Positions 56,967-64,000 of a stretch of 64,000 nt of DNA are shown here, in pieces. Location: positions 32,001 to 96,000 of IMG/VR virus record IMGVR_UViG_3300025389_000010; one strand, 5' to 3'. The notes below the pieces were generated by a model that searched no databases, was not told the origin of the DNA, and saw nothing but the letters and a program-made list of their open reading frames with translations. Source of the stretch: a virus (lineage: Duplodnaviria; Caudoviricetes). How positions within the stretch are numbered: the first letter of the stretch is position 1; each line of letters begins with the position of its first letter. The position numbers and the translations under genes are program-made.

Positions 56967-58381
56967 CCGAATTAAAGTTAATAAATAAAACTCAGGGTCA
57001 AATTTTTACTGATGTTGATACTTTAAATCAAATAAGGGAAAATTTTTCAATTAGTAATCCTGCTTACAAAAGAGCAGGAAGATTTACTCCTGCAAGAATT
57101 TATTCGATCACACCTTCTGGTAAGTTCGACATCGGATTATGCGATGTCATAGTTTCTTATTTAAATTCAAATAGAATTCAACACAATGTTGATAAAAATT
57201 TAATAGATAAAATAAATATAGGGTTTTCTGATCCTATTATTAAAAAATATGCTATGATTTATAGAGATCACCAAGATCGTTCTATAAGAGAAGCAGTTAA
57301 AAAAGGTAGAGGTGTTATTATTATTCCAACAGCAGGTGGTAAAACCCTTATTATGGCGGGTATTATTGAAAGTATGAGGCTTAGTATGGGAAAACCATAT
57401 GCAAAAGCATTAGTATTGGTTCCTTCGATACAACTTGTTACTCAAACTGCCAAAGATTTTGAAAATTACGGTATGATAAACGTCACAAAATGGTCTGGTG
57501 ATAATTTACCAGATGAAAAAGCTACCGTTACAGTTGCCGGTACTCAAATTTTATTGAGTAGTAAAACAGATTTATCTTCACTTGCTGATTATGACTTACT
57601 TTTAGTTGATGAGGTTCATGGTTTAAGGCGAGGAAACGAAATTAATAAAGTTTTGTCGTGTATAACCACAGATTATAGGTTTGGGTTTACGGGAACAATG
57701 CCTCCATCAATGATAGATCAATGGAATATCATTGGAAAAATTGGTCCTGTTCTTTATGAAGAAAAAACAAAAGATTTAAAAAACAAAAAATATGTTTCTG
57801 ATTTTAAAATTGTTGTTTTAAACATAAAACATCAAAATATACCAAATTTTGCAATAAATTTAACAAAACCATCGGAACAATATAATTTGGAACTAGAATA
57901 TTTGATGAATAATTCAAGAAGGAATGAAATTATATCAAAACTTGCATCTAAAATACCAAATAATACAATTATCATGGTTGATAGAATAGATCATGGTGTA
58001 AATATTGAACTTTCATTAAAAAAAGTCTGTGAAGAAAACAGACCAATTTATTTTATCCGTGGATCAACAGAAATGGACGAAAGAGAAAGAATAAGAGCTT
58101 TAATGGAAGAAAGAAATGATGTTATTGTAGTTGCTGTTTCAAAAATATTCAGTACTGGTATCAATATACCAAACTTACATAATATAATTTTTGCATCTGC
58201 TGGAAAAGCTAAAATAAAAATAATGCAATCCATAGGCAGAGCTTTGAGATTACATCCCACAAAAACAATGGCTACTATTTTTGATATTGCGGATAATACA
58301 AAGTATTCTAAAATCCATCTTAAAGAAAGATTAAAACTTTATACAAAAGAAAATTATGCATATGAACAAAAAGAAATATAA
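56963..58381 (+). CDS. uvsW: SF2 DNA helicase UvsW
   Basis: YRDHQ, PTAGGKT, VDEVH, FGFTGT, FSTGINIPNLHNIIFA, QSIGRALR. Confidence 0.95.
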   Translation: MTELKLINKTQGQIFTDVDTLNQIRENFSISNPAYKRAGRFTPARIYSITPSGKFDIGLCDVIVSYLNSNRIQHNVDKNLIDKINIGFSDPIIKKYAMIYRDHQDRSIREAVKKGRGVIIIPTAGGKTLIMAGIIESMRLSMGKPYAKALVLVPSIQLVTQTAKDFENYGMINVTKWSGDNLPDEKATVTVAGTQILLSSKTDLSSLADYDLLLVDEVHGLRRGNEINKVLSCITTDYRFGFTGTMPPSMIDQWNIIGKIGPVLYEEKTKDLKNKKYVSDFKIVVLNIKHQNIPNFAINLTKPSEQYNLELEYLMNNSRRNEIISKLASKIPNNTIIMVDRIDHGVNIELSLKKVCEENRPIYFIRGSTEMDERERIRALMEERNDVIVVAVSKIFSTGINIPNLHNIIFASAGKAKIKIMQSIGRALRLHPTKTMATIFDIADNTKYSKIHLKERLKLYTKENYAYEQKEI

Positions 58382-59051
58382 CGCAAAAGCCAAAAAAATA
58401 TTAGATAATAATATCGATTATCCCTTCAAAGATGATATTGATGACATCATTGAAGATGAAATTATTGAAGATGATGTAATCGATGAAGAAGATATTATAA
58501 TTGATGAAGAAGATGTAGATTTGGTCGAAGAAAGTATATTGGAAGAAGAACCTATTGCAGTTGAAATCATCCAAGAAGAAATTATTGTTATAGAGCAAAC
58601 AGATGCACCAAAGAAAAGAGGAAGAAAACCAGCAGATAAAGAAAAATTCTATGTTGAACCTAAAAAGTTTGATGAAGAAATCATGAAATATTATGATACA
58701 GGTAAAATGTCGAATGAATTAGCCGAAATGGTTAGTAAAATTTCACATAAATTAAGCTATGCTCCTAATTTTATCAATTATTCATACCGAGAAGAGATGG
58801 TAGGTGATGGTGTCATCAGAATGATGAAAGCTTTGATTGCTAAAAAATACAACAGAGAGAAAGGAACCAATCCGTTTTCTTATTTTACAAGAATTGCTTT
58901 CAATGCTTTCCGAAATAGAATTAAAAAAGAAAAACATATCCACGAAACGCATGAAAAATACCAAAAAGAAATCATGTTTATGTCGGAACAATATAATAAC
59001 TTGTCAAAGAACAACAATATACGTATAATGAAAGAAAGAAATAAAGAATAA
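58356..59051 (+). CDS. gp55: Late-transcription sigma factor gp55 with acidic N-terminal extension
   Basis: LSYAPNFINYSYREEMVGDG, NPFSYFTRIAFNAFRNRIKKEK. Confidence 0.9.
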   Translation: MHMNKKKYNAKAKKILDNNIDYPFKDDIDDIIEDEIIEDDVIDEEDIIIDEEDVDLVEESILEEEPIAVEIIQEEIIVIEQTDAPKKRGRKPADKEKFYVEPKKFDEEIMKYYDTGKMSNELAEMVSKISHKLSYAPNFINYSYREEMVGDGVIRMMKALIAKKYNREKGTNPFSYFTRIAFNAFRNRIKKEKHIHETHEKYQKEIMFMSEQYNNLSKNNNIRIMKERNKE

Positions 59052-60076
59052 TGAAGATCTCCAGCAGATATATAGGTTGTTTTTCAGATATACACCTTGG
59101 TTTGGGTCAAGACTCAAAACAATGGCATGAAATTGCTTTGAATTTTGCAAAATGGGCATCTGAATATTATAAAGAAAATTCAATTGATGAAATTATAATT
59201 CCCGGTGATATATTTCATAATAGAAGTGAAGTTTCCGTTGAAACATTAGATATTGCAAAAAGGTTTTTTGATTATTTTAAAGATTTTACTATATATATCT
59301 CAACCGGAAACCATGATTGTTACTATAAAGATAACAGTTCTGTTAATTCCATATCTATTCTTGCCGGTTGGAACAATATAAAGATTATAGATTCTAAACC
59401 AGAGTTAATTGAAACTAACTATGACAAAAAAATAGCATTAATACCTTGGGGTACTGAGATAAAAGACATGCCTAATAGTGATATTATGTTTGCACATTTA
59501 GAAATATCATCATTCTACATGAATGGACATAAAATGTGTGAGCATGGTATGGAATCGAAGAATCTTTTTGATAAAACTAAGTTTGTAGTATCAGGCCATT
59601 TTCATAAAAAAGATCATAGGAAGTATGATAAGGGTGATATTCTTTATTTGGGCAGTCCTTTCCAACATAATTTTGGTGATTTAGGAGATTCTCGTGGAAT
59701 TTATGTTTTTGATGTAAAAGAAAGCACATTTAAATTCATAGAAAACAATATTTCACCAAAGCATTATCGATTAACGCCTGAAAGTGAAATTAAAGAAGAT
59801 ATTGTTAAAAACAATATCATATCTTTGGTTATAAATGATAAGAATGACGAAAAAACCATCCTTGAATTTAGTTCAAAAATATCAACATTATCTCCAATCA
59901 ATTTAAGAATTGATTATGAGAAGCCAAAAGATGAAATCATGGTAAATGATGAAGATAAAGAATACAAAGCTGATAATATTTTAAAAAGTATAGAGGAATA
60001 CATCAAAACACTTGACATAGAAAACAAAAAAGAAGTTGAAGAATGTATAAAAACAATATATAATAGTTTGATATGA
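59051..60076 (+). CDS. gp47: Recombination endonuclease gp47 (Mre11/SbcD-like)
   Basis: SDIHLG, PGDIFHNR, GNHD, FAHLE, SGHFH, YLGSP. Confidence 0.93.
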   Translation: MKISSRYIGCFSDIHLGLGQDSKQWHEIALNFAKWASEYYKENSIDEIIIPGDIFHNRSEVSVETLDIAKRFFDYFKDFTIYISTGNHDCYYKDNSSVNSISILAGWNNIKIIDSKPELIETNYDKKIALIPWGTEIKDMPNSDIMFAHLEISSFYMNGHKMCEHGMESKNLFDKTKFVVSGHFHKKDHRKYDKGDILYLGSPFQHNFGDLGDSRGIYVFDVKESTFKFIENNISPKHYRLTPESEIKEDIVKNNIISLVINDKNDEKTILEFSSKISTLSPINLRIDYEKPKDEIMVNDEDKEYKADNILKSIEEYIKTLDIENKKEVEECIKTIYNSLI

Positions 60077-60810
60077 GTGATATAGGAATTGCTATCTTAG
60101 ATATAGGTACACAAGATGAATTAAATGCATGTTACGACTCTTTACCAGAGTTAGAAAACATTATTGTAGTATCCAACACTAAAAACACATTGCCAGATTG
60201 TGTAAGAAAACAGTTTAGTGTCGGAACACAAATGGCTACATTAAGGAATTGGGCTATATCTCATTTTAGAATAAATGAATTAAAGCATTTCTTTTTTATT
60301 ACATCTAATTTAACCATAATAGATAAAAATGTTTTTGATAATACTATAAAAACAGCTGAAACGTTTGGAACTTGGGCAATGACGGGTCCAGATGTTGTTA
60401 CATATTCAATTGAAGATGATGAAAAGAATATTTCTTTGTCTATTTCTGAAAAATTAAACCATAATTTTTTGTATTTGTTTAATGGAATTGTTTCAAATGT
60501 TGGATATTTCGATGAAAGGTTTTATGGTGGCAAAAACCTTGAAGTCATTGACTATATTATAAGATTAAGAGATAAAAAAGTTTATCCGCCTTTAAATTAC
60601 AATCCTATTATAACTTCTAAAATTAAAAATAATAAAAAAGAAGATGATGTTCCTTTTGATTTAGGTACTGATAATAAAGCAAACGTTGCTTATGGTTATT
60701 TTTTATATAAAAATAAATATATTCCAAATCAAAATGACCCAAAATCAGTTGAAAAAGATGAATTGTTAAAATCTTTAGAAGAAATTCAAAAGAATTATGC
60801 AAAAAAATAA
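60073..60810 (+). CDS. Degenerate GT2-like protein
   Basis: Paralogous to the next two ORFs (IGIAIL, VGYFDERF) but lacks the EDD motif. Confidence 0.55.
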   Translation: MSDIGIAILDIGTQDELNACYDSLPELENIIVVSNTKNTLPDCVRKQFSVGTQMATLRNWAISHFRINELKHFFFITSNLTIIDKNVFDNTIKTAETFGTWAMTGPDVVTYSIEDDEKNISLSISEKLNHNFLYLFNGIVSNVGYFDERFYGGKNLEVIDYIIRLRDKKVYPPLNYNPIITSKIKNNKKEDDVPFDLGTDNKANVAYGYFLYKNKYIPNQNDPKSVEKDELLKSLEEIQKNYAKK

Positions 60811-61609
60811 AATTGGTGTTGGTATAATAACATGTGATAGAATAGATTTCTTTAAAAAAGCAAATTCAAGTCTTCGTCGTGCTTTAAAAAAGCATTCGGA
60901 CGCAGAATATATCTGTATTAATGATGGTAAACAATCTTTTAATATCTCTGGATCATGTATTAAAACTGAAGGATATACCGGTGTTGCTAAAGCAAAAAAT
61001 TTAGCATTAAAACATCTTATAGAAAAAGATTGTGAACATATCTTCTTAATGGAAGATGATATCGAAATCATAGATGATAATATTTTTGATGCATATATTA
61101 ATACATCAAAAGCAACAGGATTAAAACATTTAAATTTTGGTCTTCATGGTAATCATAATCGAGATTCAAAAGGAAATCCCACAATTATTAAGACTGTTAA
61201 TTATGGAAATGGCATTAGTATAGATTTATATCCAAATGTATTGGGTGCTTTTAGTTATTATCACAGAAATGTATTAGATGATATTGGTTTAATGCCAACT
61301 TATTATTTCAATGCATTGGAACATGTTGATCATACATATAAAGCATCATTAAAAGGATACACAAGTCCTTGGAGATATTTTGCAGATATAAATAATTCAT
61401 CCGAATATATTAAAGATATTATTCCGGATCACAAACAATCAAAAATTAGAAACAACCCTAAATTTCAAGAAAATTTTATGAAAAGTCTTAATGTTTTTAT
61501 TGAAAAAAATGGATTTAGCGTTGTTCAAGGATATGGTCCAGCTGAAAAAGTGATACCAATTGATAATTGTATTATAAAATTAAAAGAAATTTATGGCAAA
61601 CAGCAATAA
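60797..61609 (+). CDS. GT2 family glycosyltransferase
   Basis: IGVGIITCDR, INDG, GVAKAKN, FLMEDD, FNALEHVDH. Confidence 0.85.
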   Translation: MQKNKIGVGIITCDRIDFFKKANSSLRRALKKHSDAEYICINDGKQSFNISGSCIKTEGYTGVAKAKNLALKHLIEKDCEHIFLMEDDIEIIDDNIFDAYINTSKATGLKHLNFGLHGNHNRDSKGNPTIIKTVNYGNGISIDLYPNVLGAFSYYHRNVLDDIGLMPTYYFNALEHVDHTYKASLKGYTSPWRYFADINNSSEYIKDIIPDHKQSKIRNNPKFQENFMKSLNVFIEKNGFSVVQGYGPAEKVIPIDNCIIKLKEIYGKQQ

Positions 61610-63080
61610 AATAGGTGTAGCGATAATAACTTATAATAGGAAAGAATATTACAGAAAAGTTCTTAATACAATACCTAAGAACAGAATAGATTTTCTTGTT
61701 GTTGTTAATGATGGCAAAGCATCATACGTGAGTGATGATGATGCAAACGTTGTTATTCGTAATAAACGAAAATTAGGAGTAGCAAAAACAAAAAACATAG
61801 CAATTGATGTGTTATTAGAAAATAATATCACACACATGTTTATAATTGAAGATGATATTTTAATAAAAGATAAAAACGTATTTCAAGAGTATATAAACGC
61901 TGCAAACACTACAGGAATTCATCATTTATGTTTTGAAAAATGTGCAGATAATTCAAAATATTTGTTATATGATATTGAATATCCAAACGGTGTAAAAATT
62001 GGATTTTATAAAAACCCACAAGGAGCATTTATGTATATAAATGCGGCTCTTATCAAGAAATTTGGTAAATTTGATGAAAATTATACAAACGCATTTGAAC
62101 ATATTGATTTTTATTATAATCTTTCTGAAAAAGAATTAGTACCGCCTTTTTGGTTTTTTCCTGATATATTAAACAGCGAAGAATATCTCCAACCAATAGA
62201 AGGAAGTGATGAAAACTCTACAATTACCAATAAAGAAAAATATAAAGAGAATTGGACAGCAGCAGCAACGCATTTTGTTTCAAAATGGGGCAAATTTACC
62301 ATAGATATACCACACCCATCAAATGAAGATGTTGAAAAAAGACTTATATTTTTAGAAAAAAATTACAGTAAAAAGAAAATATACAATGAACATCATAAAC
62401 TTTCTATAATAGTACCATATAGAGATCGCAAAGAAGCATTATATAGATTAATTCCATATTTGGAAAAATATGTTTCAAAACAAGTAGAAAATTATGAAAT
62501 TATCATAGTTGAACAGAATAACGATAAACCTTTTAATAAAGGTCTTCTTAACAATGTTGGTTTTTGTTTTTCTGCAAAAGATTCTGATTATGTTTGTTTT
62601 CATGATGTTGATTTATTACCAGAAATAGCTGATTATAGTTATCCTAAATTTCCTGTGCATATGAGCGCACATTGCAGTCAATTTCAATATGTTAATATAC
62701 CAGATAAAATAATGGGCGGTGTTGTTTTATTCCAAAATGAACATTTTAAAAAAGTTAATGGTTATAGTAATGAATTTAATGGTTGGGGTAAAGAAGATGA
62801 TGATTTATATGTAAGATGTGAAAAAGAAGGTCTGCCGCCTTATAAACACAGATTTGGTAGATTCTATAGCATACCTCATACACACAGATTAACTATTCCA
62901 GAAGAAAAAGAACTTCATGAAAAAAACGGAGAAAGATTTCGTGCATTTGAATCTAATGCATTAGGAGATAATTATCATAAAAATGATGGTCTTTTTAATT
63001 GTTTATCTTTAATCGACAATAATGAACCAATATTAAAAGAAATAACAAAGAACACAAGACATTATTTGGTCAATTTTTAA
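61593..63080 (+). CDS. Two-domain glycosyltransferase: GT2 plus GT7 (beta-1,4-galactosyltransferase-like)
   Basis: N-terminal GVAKTKN/IIEDD; C-terminal IIVPYRDR, PFNKGLLNNVG, FHDVD, GGV, FNGWGKEDDD. Confidence 0.9.
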   Translation: MANSNKIGVAIITYNRKEYYRKVLNTIPKNRIDFLVVVNDGKASYVSDDDANVVIRNKRKLGVAKTKNIAIDVLLENNITHMFIIEDDILIKDKNVFQEYINAANTTGIHHLCFEKCADNSKYLLYDIEYPNGVKIGFYKNPQGAFMYINAALIKKFGKFDENYTNAFEHIDFYYNLSEKELVPPFWFFPDILNSEEYLQPIEGSDENSTITNKEKYKENWTAAATHFVSKWGKFTIDIPHPSNEDVEKRLIFLEKNYSKKKIYNEHHKLSIIVPYRDRKEALYRLIPYLEKYVSKQVENYEIIIVEQNNDKPFNKGLLNNVGFCFSAKDSDYVCFHDVDLLPEIADYSYPKFPVHMSAHCSQFQYVNIPDKIMGGVVLFQNEHFKKVNGYSNEFNGWGKEDDDLYVRCEKEGLPPYKHRFGRFYSIPHTHRLTIPEEKELHEKNGERFRAFESNALGDNYHKNDGLFNCLSLIDNNEPILKEITKNTRHYLVNF

Positions 63081-64000
63081 ATGAAAATATTAATTAAATT
63101 TCCAACCCGATCAAGACCTGATAAGTTTTTCGATGTATTAAACAAATATATTGAAAATGCTAATGATTTAAAAAATATAGCTTTTTTGATAAGTTGCGAT
63201 CATGATGACTCGACGATGAACAATCCAGAAGTAATTGCTAAACTGGAAAAATTGAAAGAAAAAATAAAACTTGTTTATTTTTTTGGTAACAGTAAGACTA
63301 AAATACAAGCAATAAATGTAGATGTTAATAAAGTTAACGGTTGGGATGTTCTTTTACTTGCTTCTGATGACATGGTACCCGTTATTAAAGGTTATGATGA
63401 CCAGATAAGAAAAGATATGTATTCATATTTTATGAACACCGATGGTACATTATGGTATAATGACGGCGGACAAGATAAAATCAATACTCTTTCTATTTTA
63501 GGTAAAAAATATTACGATAGATTTGGATATATCTATCATCCTTCATATATAAGCCTTTGGTGTGATAATGAATTTACAGAAGTATCGGTTAAACTTGGAA
63601 GATGTCAGAAAATCGATAAAAAAATAATAGAACATTTTCATCCTGTTTATAATAAAACTGATTATGATCAGCTTTACATCAAAAACGAATCTTATTTTGG
63701 TTTAGATCAACAAAATTATATGAAAAGGGCTAAAAAAGATTTTGATTTATATGATCAGTTCCCTTTATTTTCAATATTAACACCAAGCGTATATTCAAGA
63801 ATGGACAATGATTTAAAGAAAATCATAAACAAAATTGAAAAACAAATAAAAGAAAACAAACTTGAAGGTAAAGTTGAACATTTAATAATGATTGATAATA
63901 AAATTTCTACAATTGGTAGAAAAAGAGATTCTCTCGTTCAAACATCAAATGGTAAATTTGTTGCTTTTGTTGATGACGATGATGATATTTCAGATGATTA
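63081..64000 (+). CDS. Partial two-domain GT-A glycosyltransferase (runs off window end)
   Basis: Not in the track. MKILIKFPTRSRPDKF...LLLASDDM...YISLWCDNEF...HFHP, then FSILTPS...TIGRKRD...FVAFVDDDD. Confidence 0.85.
   Translation, partial: MKILIKFPTRSRPDKFFDVLNKYIENANDLKNIAFLISCDHDDSTMNNPEVIAKLEKLKEKIKLVYFFGNSKTKIQAINVDVNKVNGWDVLLLASDDMVPVIKGYDDQIRKDMYSYFMNTDGTLWYNDGGQDKINTLSILGKKYYDRFGYIYHPSYISLWCDNEFTEVSVKLGRCQKIDKKIIEHFHPVYNKTDYDQLYIKNESYFGLDQQNYMKRAKKDFDLYDQFPLFSILTPSVYSRMDNDLKKIINKIEKQIKENKLEGKVEHLIMIDNKISTIGRKRDSLVQTSNGKFVAFVDDDDDISDD

Noticed and set aside
1-64000. Stop-codon reassignment (code 15 or 4), as in some large phages
   Set aside because: Core genes (gp23, gp20, gp6, uvsW, gp47) are full length under the standard code

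Overview
AT-rich 64 kb segment of a large T4-like myovirus (Caudoviricetes) genome, read with the standard genetic code. It contains no tRNA, CRISPR array or IS element that I can support. 1-24.7 kb (minus strand) is a tail/baseplate operon: gp25 and gp6, followed by large fibre, beta-propeller and mucin-like proteins. 25-43 kb holds the clamp loader gp44, a probable small terminase, head genes (gp23, gp22, gp21, gp4, gp13, gp20), gp15, a glycosyltransferase-sulfotransferase pair and glycine-rich fibres. 43-64 kb holds a GroES-like protein, gp62, primase, a heme oxygenase plus PcyA-like bilin reductase cassette, a lysis cassette with a probable unimolecular spanin, a DenA-like nuclease, UvsY, UvsW, gp55, gp47 and a glycosyltransferase array. 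The standout observation is a 2036-aa protein in the baseplate operon with six tandem ~150-170-aa repeats carrying the phycobiliprotein chromophore-site motif K-C-x-R-D and matching downstream helices. The same genome encodes the two enzymes that convert heme to a phycobilin. Together these suggest a phage-made, possibly virion-associated biliprotein (inference, untested). All gene calls come from motif recognition by eye; no database searches were run.
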